Of a stretch of DNA of 64,000 nucleotides, positions 25,013 through 34,149 are shown piece after piece. The notes under the pieces are model-generated. The model saw only the letters and a program-made list of their open reading frames with translations, was not told the DNA's origin and did not search any database. The translations under genes were made by a program, and so were the position numbers. This stretch comes from Anaerolineae bacterium (lineage in GTDB: Bacteria > Chloroflexota > Anaerolineae > VGOG01), in the NCBI GenBank assembly GCA_034431315.1, contig DAOUDK010000119.1, positions 28,873-92,872 of the forward strand, given 5' to 3'. The stretch's first letter is position 1. Each line of letters opens with the position of its first letter.

Positions 25013-26825
25013 AACAAAACTCGTCAGAAACCCCGCAGTAAATGCAGCCTTCCCGACAATCAATGGTCGTCTCGCCGCGGAGGCTGCGCTGGTACTCTTC
25101 AATCAGGAATTCCTTCCTGACCCCCACGTCAATGTGATCCCAGGGGAGCACCTCATTGAGGGCGCGCTCCCTCCGAGCGTAGAAGTTGGGATCGAGGCCG
25201 GCGTCGGCGAAGGCCCGCCACCAAAGGTCCTCGTCGAGGAGCTCGTCCCAGGCATCGAATTTGGCTCCCCATTGCCAGGCACGGTGGATGACCTGGCCTA
25301 GCTGCCGGTCGCCGCGGGAGAGGGCGGCTTCCAGCAAGGTGGTGCGGGGGTCGTGCCAACTGAAGCTGATGCCAGGCCCCCTGAGCCCCCGCCGCAGCAA
25401 CGCCTGTCTCTCCTCCAAAGTTGCCTCATCAACCAGGGGCAGCCACTGGAACGGCGTGAAAGGCTTGGGCACGAAAGTGCCGAGGCTGACATTCACCTGA
25501 GTCCTCTTCCGCTGGTGACGCCGGCCGATGGCCCGCACCTTCTTCACCAAATCCACGATGGCCGCCACGTCCTCCAGGGTCTCCGTGGGCAGGCCCACCA
25601 TGAAGTACAGCTTGATCCGCCGCCAGCCGCTGGAATAGGCCGCCTCGGCCGTGCGCAGCAGGTCCTCTTCGGTGACGTTCTTGTTGATCACGTCCCGCAG
25701 GCGCTGGCTGCCCGCCTCCGGGGCGAAGGTCAGGCCCGTTTTGCGCCGCCCCTGAAACATCTCCGCTAGCTCAACTGAGAAAGAATCAGTGCGCAAGGAG
25801 GGCAGGGAAACGGCCAACGGCGGATGCTGATAGTCCGTGGTAAGCCGTCGCACCAGAGGCTCGATCTGGCTGTGATCACTGGAGCTCAGGGAGACCAGGG
25901 CCACCTCCTCGTAGCCCGTCTCCTTAACGATGTCCTCCACCGTTAGCAGCACCTCATCCAGAGGCCGCTCGCGCAGGGGGCGATAGATGAAACCCGCCTG
26001 GCAGAAGCGGCAGCCCTGGGTACAGCCCCGCTGGATCTCGATCATGGCCCGATCATGGATCACGTCAATGTAGGGCATGACAAATTTGGTCGGCGCCGGA
26101 GGCAGAGTCTCCACGACGCGCTTTCGGATCATGGCCCTGGCTTCGGGAACCAGCGGCTCCACGGCAGCCACCGTGCCATCGTCGTGGTAGCGAACATCGT
26201 AGAGACTGGGCACGTAGATGCCCTCTATCTTCGCCGCCTCTCGCAGGAAATCCGCCTTCGAAGCTCGAAACTCCCGATAAGCCAGCACCAACTCCAGCAG
26301 CACCTCTTCCCCCTCTCCGATCACGAACAGGTCGAAGAAGTCGGCCAGAGGCTCGGCGTTGTAGGTGCCACTCCCGCCTCCGATGATCAGCGGATCGGCG
26401 TCGCCTCGCTCCGCCGCCAGGGGTGAGAGGCCGGCCAGATCCAGCATGTTCAGCACGTTGGTGTAGTTCAGCTCGTACTGCAACGAGAAGCCAATTATAT
26501 CAAAATCGGCCAGGGGGCGCCGCGACTCCAGACTGTAGAGGGGGATGCCCACGCCTCGCATGGCCTCTTCCATGTCTATCCAGGGCGCATAGACCCGCTC
26601 GGCAAGGACGCCCTCCTCCCTGTTGAGGATGTCGTAGAGGATCATCAGACCCAGGTTGGACATGCCCACTTCGTAGGTGTCGGGATAGGCCAGGGCTACT
26701 TTGACCTCAACCTGGTCCCAATCCTTGACCACGCTGTTCCACTCGTGACCAGTGTACCGGGCGGGTTTGGCTACCTTGGGCAAAATGCGATCCAAAACTC
26801 GCTGCGTTATATCCATCCTAGTCAC
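24987..26825 (-). CDS. TIGR03960-family B12-binding-domain radical SAM protein
   Basis: 612 aa; CxxxCxxC (QRGCTQGCRFCQAG) radical SAM core, N-terminal B12-binding-like domain; conserved pairing with TIGR03936. Confidence 0.65.
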   Translation of the reverse strand: MTRMDITQRVLDRILPKVAKPARYTGHEWNSVVKDWDQVEVKVALAYPDTYEVGMSNLGLMILYDILNREEGVLAERVYAPWIDMEEAMRGVGIPLYSLESRRPLADFDIIGFSLQYELNYTNVLNMLDLAGLSPLAAERGDADPLIIGGGSGTYNAEPLADFFDLFVIGEGEEVLLELVLAYREFRASKADFLREAAKIEGIYVPSLYDVRYHDDGTVAAVEPLVPEARAMIRKRVVETLPPAPTKFVMPYIDVIHDRAMIEIQRGCTQGCRFCQAGFIYRPLRERPLDEVLLTVEDIVKETGYEEVALVSLSSSDHSQIEPLVRRLTTDYQHPPLAVSLPSLRTDSFSVELAEMFQGRRKTGLTFAPEAGSQRLRDVINKNVTEEDLLRTAEAAYSSGWRRIKLYFMVGLPTETLEDVAAIVDLVKKVRAIGRRHQRKRTQVNVSLGTFVPKPFTPFQWLPLVDEATLEERQALLRRGLRGPGISFSWHDPRTTLLEAALSRGDRQLGQVIHRAWQWGAKFDAWDELLDEDLWWRAFADAGLDPNFYARRERALNEVLPWDHIDVGVRKEFLIEEYQRSLRGETTIDCREGCIYCGVSDEFCCYYDTTTN

Positions 26826-27216
26826 CCACCAATTTCACCAACACGCGGCGGCGGCGCGGCCCGTCGAACTCGGCCAGGTAAATCCCCTGCCAGGCGCCCA
26901 GCACCAGGCGGCCATCCTCCACCAGGATGGTTTGGGAAGCTCCCATCAGGCTAGCTTTGATGTGGGCGGCAGAGTTGCCCTCCCCATGACGGTAGTTGTC
27001 ATTCCAGGGCACGATCTTGCCCAGCTCCATCAGCATATCCGCCCGCACGCTGGGGTCCCAATTCTCGTTGAGGGTCAGGCCAGCCGTGGTGTGCGGCACG
27101 AAGACGTGGCAGACGCCGCTCTGCATTCCCTTTTCCTTCACGGTTTGCTGCACTTCGGTTGTTATGTCCACCAGCTCCGCCACCGACTTGGTGGCTATCT
27201 CCAGTTGAGCGATCAT
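26818..27216 (-). CDS. YjbQ/UPF0047 family secondary thiamine-phosphate synthase-like protein
   Basis: 132 aa; ...CHVFVPHTTAGLTLNEN...NSAAHIKASLMG... family signature. Confidence 0.7.
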   Translation of the reverse strand: MIAQLEIATKSVAELVDITTEVQQTVKEKGMQSGVCHVFVPHTTAGLTLNENWDPSVRADMLMELGKIVPWNDNYRHGEGNSAAHIKASLMGASQTILVEDGRLVLGAWQGIYLAEFDGPRRRRVLVKLVGD

Positions 27217-27232
27217 CTTTATCTCCCCCCAA

Positions 27233-27300
27233 CACTACAACGGATTGAGAAAGGAACAGATTTCTTGCTCTCAATCCGTTATATTCTAAATCCGTTGTTG
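27233..27300. repeat. Minimal 68-bp MITE copy (end A and inverted end B directly abutting; AACGGATT variant)
   Basis: cactacaacggattgagaaaggaacagatttcttgctctcaatccgttatattctaaatccgttgttg; encodes last residues (NNGFRI*) of ROK gene. Confidence 0.7.
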
Positions 27301-28256
27301 TCTTCCTGCAGTAGTACCAGTGCAACCGCGCCCAGGAGAGCCACGTCGTCGCCGAGAGTAGCGGGCACAATGGGAGTGTTCTCCCAATAATAGCTGACCA
27401 TAGCCCGTTGGCGCACCGTGGCCCGGATAGGCTCGAAGAGGAGGTCGCCGGCTTTGGTCACGCTGCCTCCGATGACGATCAGGCTGGGGTTGAGGATGTG
27501 CAGCAGGTTGACGATGCCGACCCCGATGTAGAACCCGGCCTGGCGGAAAATCTCGATGGCTATGGGATCACCCGCCTGGGCAGCCTGGTTGACGTCTTTG
27601 GCGGTGATCTTGTCCAGGTCGCCGCCAACCAAGTCGGTGATGGCTGTCTCGGCTCCATCTCTGATGAGTTCCCTGGCGCGGCGAGCGATGGCCGGGCCCG
27701 CCGCCAGAGCCTCCAGGCAGCCTATGTTGCCGCACTTGCAGCGGGGGCCATGAGCCTCGACGGTCTGATGGCCTACCTCCCCCGCCAGACCATGAGCTCC
27801 CAGCAGCAGCCTGTTATCAACGATGACGCCGCCGCCAATGCCGGTGCTGACAGTGATGTAGATCAGATCAGCGACGCCCTGGCCGGCCCCGAAGCGCTGC
27901 TCCGCCAAAGCGGCCAGGTTAGCGTCGTTGCCCACCACGACGGGCAAATCGAACTCCGCTTCCATGAGATCCTTCAGGGGGACATTCTTCCAGCCGGGCA
28001 GGTTGGGGGCGTCCCTGACGATCCCTCGCCAGGGATCCAAAGGCCCAGGCGCAGCGATGCCGATGGCGCTCACCTGGCCGATGTCGGCAGGCAACACCTG
28101 GCGGATGGACTCCTCGATGCGCTCCAGCACTGCCCCTAGCCCCTCGTCGGCCATAGTCGGCCGGCTCACCCGCTGGATGATTTCGCCCTGAGCATCGGCC
28201 AGCGCGGCCCGAATCTGGGTACCGCCCAGGTCTACGCCAACGATCAGCTTTTCCAC
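27279..28256 (-). CDS. ROK-family sugar kinase (glucokinase-like)
   Basis: IVGVDLGGTQIRAAL...; zinc motif GPRCKCGNIGCLE; 325 aa. Confidence 0.7.
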   Translation of the reverse strand: MEKLIVGVDLGGTQIRAALADAQGEIIQRVSRPTMADEGLGAVLERIEESIRQVLPADIGQVSAIGIAAPGPLDPWRGIVRDAPNLPGWKNVPLKDLMEAEFDLPVVVGNDANLAALAEQRFGAGQGVADLIYITVSTGIGGGVIVDNRLLLGAHGLAGEVGHQTVEAHGPRCKCGNIGCLEALAAGPAIARRARELIRDGAETAITDLVGGDLDKITAKDVNQAAQAGDPIAIEIFRQAGFYIGVGIVNLLHILNPSLIVIGGSVTKAGDLLFEPIRATVRQRAMVSYYWENTPIVPATLGDDVALLGAVALVLLQEDNNGFRI

Positions 28257-28332
28257 TGTAGCTCCTCCTCGTTCGATTGCGCCTCAAGTATACCACGATT
28301 TCGCGCCTTGCGCCAACTCGTTTGGCAACAGC

Positions 28333-28366
28333 AAAAAGCCACCCCTCGGAAACGGGGTGGCTTCGC
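28333..28366 (-). terminator. Rho-independent terminator downstream of glnA (GCCACCCCG..CGAGGGGTGGC + T-run on minus strand)
   Basis: Direct reading. Confidence 0.6.
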
Positions 28367-28402
28367 TTTACGAAGTCGGCAACCTGTTGATGAAAACTCC
28401 TA

Positions 28403-29743
28403 TCACAGCGTCTCCAGATAGCGATTGAGCTCCCAGTCGGTTACCTGGATGCGGTACTCGTCCCACTCCGCCTTTTTGGCCCGCACAAAAGCCCGATAGG
28501 CGTGCTCCCCTAGCGCCTGCTGCAAGACCTCATCTTTCTCCAGCTCGTCAATGGCCTCCCTCAGAGTGCTCGGCAAAGTGGCGATGTCAAGCTCCCGCAA
28601 TTTGGCGTCGTCGAAATCATATACGTTTTCCTCTACCGGGGGAGGTGGTTCCAGCTCCCGCTCGATGCCATCCAGACCTGCCCACAGCATGGCGGCGAAG
28701 GCCAGGTAAGGGTTGCAGCTCGGGTCAGGGCAGCGTAGCTCAAGGCGAGTGGACTGCTCCCGGCCAGGCGAGTATCTCGGAACGCGGATCAGCGCGGAGC
28801 GGTTGATCTGGCCCCAGCAAACGTAGACCGGGGCCTCATAGCCGGGCGTCAGTCGCTTGTAAGAGTTGACAGTCGGCGATGCGATGGCGGATAAGGCTCT
28901 AGCATGCTTTATCTGGCCGGCCATGAAAGCATAGGCTGTCCTGGTGAGATTGTACTTATCGCTCAGGTCAAAGAAAGCGTTTTCACCATTGAGAGTATAG
29001 AGGCTTTGATTGGTGTGCATGCCCGAACCGTTGATGCCGAAGATGGGCTTGGGCATAAAGGTGGCATAGAGGCCAAAGGTCTGCGAGACAGCCTTGACGG
29101 TGTAGCGCAGAGTCATGACGTTGTCGGCGCTGGTCAAGGCATCGGCGTAGCGGATATCAATCTCGTGCTGACCCGTCGCCACCTCGTGATGCGCCATCTC
29201 TACCTCCATCCCCAGGCTTTCTAAGGTCACAGCAATATCCCCCCGCACCTGAGAAGCCAGATCTCGGGGCGAGAAATCGAAATAACCGCCCACATCGTGG
29301 GGAACGGGCTTCATCCTGGGTTCGGTGTTCATCTTGAACAGGAAGAACTCCAGCTCGGGACCTACGTTGTAAAGATAGCCCCTCTCCCTTGCCGCCCTGA
29401 TGGCCCGTTTTAGGATGTAGCGCGGGTCGCCTTCAAAAGGCTCGCCATCGGGCCGATGGACATCGCAGATGATGCGAGCTACCTTCCTGGCCTGGGGTTC
29501 CCAGGGGAGAAGGCGATAGGTGTTGACATCGGGCCTCAAAACCATATCGCTCTCGTAGATGCGAGCAAAACCCTCGACGGAGGAGCCGTCAAACCAGATC
29601 CCCTTCTCAATGACCTCCTCCAGCCGGCCCACGGGGATGGCAACGTTTTTGATGGTGCCCACGACGTCAGTAAACTGCAAACTGACGAACCTCACGTTAT
29701 CTGCTTTTACCCTGTCCAAAACCTCCTGCTTATCTGAAAACAT
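28403..29743 (-). CDS. glnA: Glutamine synthetase type I
   Basis: 446 aa; N-terminal beta-grasp and catalytic domain motifs (FDGSS, NPYLAFAAML). Confidence 0.85.
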   Translation of the reverse strand: MFSDKQEVLDRVKADNVRFVSLQFTDVVGTIKNVAIPVGRLEEVIEKGIWFDGSSVEGFARIYESDMVLRPDVNTYRLLPWEPQARKVARIICDVHRPDGEPFEGDPRYILKRAIRAARERGYLYNVGPELEFFLFKMNTEPRMKPVPHDVGGYFDFSPRDLASQVRGDIAVTLESLGMEVEMAHHEVATGQHEIDIRYADALTSADNVMTLRYTVKAVSQTFGLYATFMPKPIFGINGSGMHTNQSLYTLNGENAFFDLSDKYNLTRTAYAFMAGQIKHARALSAIASPTVNSYKRLTPGYEAPVYVCWGQINRSALIRVPRYSPGREQSTRLELRCPDPSCNPYLAFAAMLWAGLDGIERELEPPPPVEENVYDFDDAKLRELDIATLPSTLREAIDELEKDEVLQQALGEHAYRAFVRAKKAEWDEYRIQVTDWELNRYLETL

Positions 29744-29761
29744 TTTGTCCTCCTTTCATAA

Positions 29762-29934
29762 TTGTAATCTTAACTGCTCAGGCTACCCTTTGCCGCGATT
29801 GAAATCGCCTCTCCAGGGCTTTCAGCCGGGCGTCCACCTGCGTGGACGTCGCTGTCCACATAGGTGGACAGTCAGCTTTAGCTCTCCAGGCGCGGTTTCA
29901 ACCGCCAGCCTGAGTAGTAACTTGTAATCTTAAC
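29762..29934 (-). promoter_or_regulatory. glnA leader/upstream region: 13-mer TTGTAATCTTAAC duplicated (29762-29774, 29922-29934) flanking two tandem palindromes GTCCACCTGCGTGGAC (29832-29847) and TGTCCACATAGGTGGACA (29854-29870)
   Basis: Direct reading; located between glnA start and nadE stop, upstream of ANTAR regulator pair. Confidence 0.35.
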
Positions 29935-30017
29935 CGAGAGAGGCCCCCTCAACGAAATGAGGCAGCCTCGGCTCATTGCTCTCTCTCGCGGCCAAAACCT
30001 GTCAGGTCTGGCTTCTT

Positions 30018-30737
30018 TCAAAGCTCACAGATCGGTATCGGCTCCCTCTTGTGCTGGGAGGCAGCCATCATGGCCCTCACGCGAGCCAATGCTTCCTGGT
30101 TGCACTCGCCGGTATCACCGGACTCGATGGCCACGAGGATACTGTCCAATTCATCATAGCTGATACCCATTTCCCCTTCGTCCGTCTGCCCCTCCCACAG
30201 GCCCGCGCTGGGGGGCTTGACGATAATCTCCTCCGGGATGCCCAGCTCGCGGGCTAACTCTCGCACCTGTTTTTTGAGCAGGCTCCCCAGGGGCAGGATG
30301 TCAGCGCCGGAGTCGCCATACTTGGTCGTATAACCTACCATGATTTCACTCTTGTTTCCCGACCCCACCACCAGGTAGTTGCGACTATTGGCGAAGTAGT
30401 ACCATACGGCCATCCGCAGCCGAGCTTTCAGATTACCCGCCGCCACCCTGTCCCCAGGAGGCAAAGCCCCCAAAAGGCGGTCGAAGACGGGGGTCAAGTC
30501 CACGTATTCGGTCTCGATGCCGAATTTGGCGGCCACCAGTCGGGCGTATTCCATGTCGGTCGAGTCGCTATGGCAGGGCATGATCACGCCCAACACCCCA
30601 TCGCCCAACGCCTTTTTGGCCAGGACGGCCGTCAAGGACGAATCAATCCCGCCGCTCATCCCCAACACCACGCCCTCGGCTCCCGCCTCCTCGACCCTTT
30701 CCCTGATCCAACTGCTGATCCGTTCAGCGGTTTTCAT
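30018..30737 (-). CDS. nadE: NH3-dependent NAD+ synthetase
   Basis: 239 aa; PP-loop SGGIDSS. Confidence 0.8.
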   Translation of the reverse strand: MKTAERISSWIRERVEEAGAEGVVLGMSGGIDSSLTAVLAKKALGDGVLGVIMPCHSDSTDMEYARLVAAKFGIETEYVDLTPVFDRLLGALPPGDRVAAGNLKARLRMAVWYYFANSRNYLVVGSGNKSEIMVGYTTKYGDSGADILPLGSLLKKQVRELARELGIPEEIIVKPPSAGLWEGQTDEGEMGISYDELDSILVAIESGDTGECNQEALARVRAMMAASQHKREPIPICEL

Positions 30738-30744
30738 TTTCCCC

Positions 30745-31338
30745 TCACTCGTTACTGGCTAGTGATGCCTGTTGGGCCAGGATGATCGCTTCCGCAACCT
30801 CTTTCATAGGCTTGCGGGTGTTCATGCTCATCTTCTGGATCTTGCGGAAGGCCTCGGCCTCGGTTATGCCCTGCGTGTCCATCAAGATACCCTTGGCCCG
30901 GTCAACCAGCTTCCTGGTCTCCAGCGCCAGCTTGAGGTCGCCAACTTCTTTTTCCAGGGCCCGGAACTCGGCAAAACGGGCCACAGCCACTTCGATAGCC
31001 GGCGACAGATCAGACTCCCGGAAGGGCTTGACGATGTAGCCTACCACGCCCGCATCCTTGGCCCGCTCAATGAGCTCCTGTTGGCTATAGGCAGTGAGCA
31101 GCAAGACAGGGGAGACCCTCTCCTCCGTCAGGATCTTGGCTGCATCAATGCCATCCATGTCTGGCATCTTGATGTCCATAATCACCACATCGGGCCTCAG
31201 CTCCCGCGCCAAATTCACCGCGCTGCGTCCATCGCCCACCTCGCCGATGACGAGATAACCCAGGTTGGTCAACATCTCCCTGAGATCCATGCGGATAATA
31301 GATTCATCGTCGGCGATGATCACTCTCGTTCGTTCCAC
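30745..31338 (-). CDS. ANTAR-domain response regulator (AmiR/NasT family)
   Basis: Receiver domain + C-terminal ANTAR (LETRKLVDRAKGILMDTQGITEAEAFRKIQKMSMNTRKPMKEVAEAII). Confidence 0.75.
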   Translation of the reverse strand: MERTRVIIADDESIIRMDLREMLTNLGYLVIGEVGDGRSAVNLARELRPDVVIMDIKMPDMDGIDAAKILTEERVSPVLLLTAYSQQELIERAKDAGVVGYIVKPFRESDLSPAIEVAVARFAEFRALEKEVGDLKLALETRKLVDRAKGILMDTQGITEAEAFRKIQKMSMNTRKPMKEVAEAIILAQQASLASNE

Positions 31339-32822
31339 GCTTCTTCACCTCCCAGTGTTTGTTTGGGGAAGGTCACGATGGCCGACACCCCATCCCCCTC
31401 CCTCAGTTCGAATTGTCCTTTGAGATCGTCCTGGACCAAGGTTTGGACTATCTGCAAGCCCAGACTGTCGGCTTGCTCCAGGCTGAAATCCTCTGGCAAT
31501 CCCTGCCCGTCGTCCACCACGGTGATGACCACCCTGTCGCCATCGTCCCGCAGGTTGACCGAGATGGTGCCGCCGGGCTTGCGCTCGTAGCCATGCTCCA
31601 CCGCGTTCTGCAGCAGCTCGTTAATGATCAGGGCGCAAGTCGTCGCTTGTTGGGCAGGCAGATAAATGCCAGGCCCACTTAAGCTCAGGCGAATCCGCTT
31701 ATCTGGCTGCAGAATCCCCTGCCGGGTGTGGTTCACGATACGCTGACTCACATCTGTGATGTTGATAATCTTTGCTTCCTGCTGCGCGAAGAACTCGTGC
31801 ACGACGGCCACGCTGAGGATACGCGCCACGCTATCGTTCAGAGCGCGTCTGACCTCCTCCGACTCGCTGCGCCTACTTTGCATCCGTAACAAGGCAGCTA
31901 TGACTTGCAGGTTATTCTTCACTCGATGATGAATCTCCTGGATCATGGCCGACTTGACCTTCAGCTCCCGCTCCTTACGTCGCACCTCGGTCTCATCGTG
32001 AACCGTTAGCAGCACTCCCACCAGACGGGGCTCGAGGGAAGGCGAGCCCAGAAAGCGGCGTAAACCGACCAACCGCTCCCCATGAGAGATCAGAGGAATG
32101 GCCTTCTTGATCCAGACGCGATGGCCCTCCTGGGTTTCCTCTTCGAGGCAACGCTTTTCCTGCCAAGCCCTGACCACCAGAGCTTCGTCCTCTGTCTCCA
32201 GATCGAAGGTGCGTTTCCCCAGGAGGCTATCCAGATAGCCCAGCCGGCGATAGAGGCTGGTAGCGATACCGCTGGCATATCGAATCTGCCCCTGGCTATC
32301 CACGACCATGATGCCGTCGTGCTCGCCGAAAGGAGAAAGCTGCTGCGCGCCTTCGATCTCCCCCCGCAGCAGCATCTCCTGCAATTGCCTCACCGCCCGC
32401 TGGAAGACCTTGCTGCGCCGATGATGCCGCTCGTGCTCGATGAGGTTGGTCTCAATGATTAGAACCCCAAGCAACTTCCCCTCCTCGTTGCGGATGGGGC
32501 GAACTTCTTGTAGTACTGGAGCACCATCAGGGATCAGCGTCCTGTTGCCGTGCACCGAGCGCCCCCTGCCCAGGGCCTGGCAAACGAGAGGCTCCTCAGC
32601 CGCCGTCATCGTCCGTCCGACGATGGGCTCTGGGTGAATCGGGGCAATGGAGTGAGGCCGCGCCTGGGCTACCACTGCTGCACGATTGAGCGAGAGCAGG
32701 CAATAGATCAACAGGTCGGCGCGGCTAACGTCGGCCACGATGGGCATATCGTTTTCTATTTTTTGTAGAAATGCGATGTCCTCCTCGGTCAGGTCACCGC
32801 ATTTGTAGACCACTTCGTCCAT
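31320..32822 (-). CDS. Sensor histidine kinase (PAS/GAF + HisKA_2/HWE-type H-box HHRVKNNLQVIAALLRMQ + HATPase)
   Basis: 500 aa; overlaps ANTAR RR start by 19 bp. Confidence 0.7.
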   Translation of the reverse strand: MDEVVYKCGDLTEEDIAFLQKIENDMPIVADVSRADLLIYCLLSLNRAAVVAQARPHSIAPIHPEPIVGRTMTAAEEPLVCQALGRGRSVHGNRTLIPDGAPVLQEVRPIRNEEGKLLGVLIIETNLIEHERHHRRSKVFQRAVRQLQEMLLRGEIEGAQQLSPFGEHDGIMVVDSQGQIRYASGIATSLYRRLGYLDSLLGKRTFDLETEDEALVVRAWQEKRCLEEETQEGHRVWIKKAIPLISHGERLVGLRRFLGSPSLEPRLVGVLLTVHDETEVRRKERELKVKSAMIQEIHHRVKNNLQVIAALLRMQSRRSESEEVRRALNDSVARILSVAVVHEFFAQQEAKIINITDVSQRIVNHTRQGILQPDKRIRLSLSGPGIYLPAQQATTCALIINELLQNAVEHGYERKPGGTISVNLRDDGDRVVITVVDDGQGLPEDFSLEQADSLGLQIVQTLVQDDLKGQFELREGDGVSAIVTFPKQTLGGEEAWNERE

Positions 32823-32846
32823 GGCTAGCTCGACTTTGAAGCTGAG

Positions 32847-32895
32847 AGACTACAACGAATTGGGAATAAAACGAATTGAGAGCAAGAAACTTGTG
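32847..32895. repeat. Solo end-B-type MITE arm (ACTACAACGAATTGGGAATAAAACGAATTGAGAGCAAGAAACTTGT)
   Basis: ~80% identical to left arm of copy 2. Confidence 0.55.
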
Positions 32896-32976
32896 CTGAT
32901 CCCTCAGCCTGAGGACCTCGACTCATACTTCGACGGTGAGCTCAGCCCTGGCCTGCCTTGGTCGGTCAGGCCAGAA

Positions 32977-33288
32977 TCAGGCGGGAAGGCGTTGCGGATA
33001 TGCGCTTACAGGTATCTTGCTGCTGAAGATCGGCTCGCTCACAGGTTCTTCCTCAGCCTCTAACTCATACAGTGCCTCTGGTGCAAAATCGGCTTCGTTG
33101 GGCCAGACCACTGTACCTGCCACAGGGTCTATAACCACACGGGCAAAATAGGTCGGGTCATGCAACGGCTCAAAAATAGGGCCGTCTAGCAACGATAGTA
33201 GGTTCACCCGTTTGCGCGTGCCATCACTGAACGTCAACCGCAGTGAGTGGGGCCCACAGACTTTAGCCTCAAGGATATGCAAAATCAT
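32977..33288 (-). CDS. DUF2442-domain protein
   Basis: 103 aa; typical partner of DUF4160; ILHILEAKVCGPHSLRLTFSDG. Confidence 0.5.
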   Translation of the reverse strand: MILHILEAKVCGPHSLRLTFSDGTRKRVNLLSLLDGPIFEPLHDPTYFARVVIDPVAGTVVWPNEADFAPEALYELEAEEEPVSEPIFSSKIPVSAYPQRLPA

Positions 33289-33305
33289 CGCTCATCCTCC
33301 CGTTT

Positions 33306-33566
33306 TCATTCAAGCGGCGGGATGCGCTGCAGTGGTTGGCCCGCTCGCGCCAGCTCCCAATTGACCTGCAACTCATCCTGATACATGGATGCCCATTCAA
33401 AGACCAGTGACTGTACCCGCCGGGGTAAAATCCCCTTTAGCACCTCCACTGGGTCAATGCCAATCGCGGCGTCATATTGAGCGTAGATGGCATGGAAATG
33501 CGGTGGCACGTGATCCTTGTAGTACATGTAGACTGCAATCCCGAAGAACTCAGAGATTCTCGGCAT
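33306..33566 (-). CDS. DUF4160-domain protein
   Basis: 86 aa; MPRISEFFGIAVYMYYKDHVPPHFHA signature. Confidence 0.5.
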   Translation of the reverse strand: MPRISEFFGIAVYMYYKDHVPPHFHAIYAQYDAAIGIDPVEVLKGILPRRVQSLVFEWASMYQDELQVNWELARAGQPLQRIPPLE

Positions 33567-33656
33567 CGTTGCTCCTCAGCACCTTGTTACTCGTTGACTT
33601 GTTCCTCAATATGAACAATGGCCGACAGCGTGAGGCCATCGGCCATCTAGTCACAG

Positions 33657-33730
33657 TCGGGGCGGCCGGATTTGAACCGGCGGCCACTTGAACCCCATTC
33701 AAGTGCGCTACCTGGCTGCGCTACGCCCCG
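33657..33730 (-). tRNA. tRNA-Pro (anticodon GGG), no encoded CCA
   Basis: Cloverleaf folded by hand: acceptor CGGGGCG/CGCCCCG, D-stem GCGC, anticodon stem CTTGA/TCAAG loop ATGGGGT, T-stem GCCGG/CCGGC loop TTCAAAT. Confidence 0.8.
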
Positions 33731-33738
33731 TCAGAGTA

Positions 33739-33767
33739 ATTATAACAGATAGCTATGAATTTGGCAA
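33739..33767 (-). promoter_or_regulatory. Sigma70-like promoter TTGCCA-17-TATAAT for tRNA-Pro
   Basis: Minus strand: TTGCCAaattcatagctatctgtTATAATtactctgaCGGGG. Confidence 0.55.
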
Positions 33768-34149
33768 ATTAACCGGGGTGGCGCCGCTGGTTGCCGAAGC
33801 CCACGCTGAACAACGTGCCCAACGTCCGCGTCGGAGAGGTCGTCCCAAGGGAGTGCCCTTCGCCAGCAGAATCGACATGGCTTACGAAGAGGCCACCACC
33901 TTCGGGCCACCACCGGATACCCATACCCATCTGCTGATTGATACCTGGTACATGGCCAAGCGCATCTGGCGGGCTGCTCGCCGACGGAATTGGGATGTCA
34001 GCGGTGGGTTGAAGGGCAATCGGGCGATGCGCGTGATCGACACTACTGATCTTCTATAACGACGCAGAATTAACCAAAATAGCCGTTTTGCAACCCCAAT
34101 TGCCCAGTTTCGCCTACAGGTTGTCCCTAACTCGAAACGCTCTCGCCCC

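Noticed and set aside
29832-29870. Calling the glnA-leader palindromes a confirmed ANTAR dual-hairpin target
   Set aside because: Loop sizes and sequences do not clearly match the hexaloop consensus. It is left as a hypothesis only.
33688-34059. 123-aa plus-strand ORF
   Set aside because: The 5' half overlaps tRNA-Pro and its promoter. Only the C-terminal 60 codons (33877-34059) could be real, possibly a transposase relic. It is kept only as a low-confidence note in findings.
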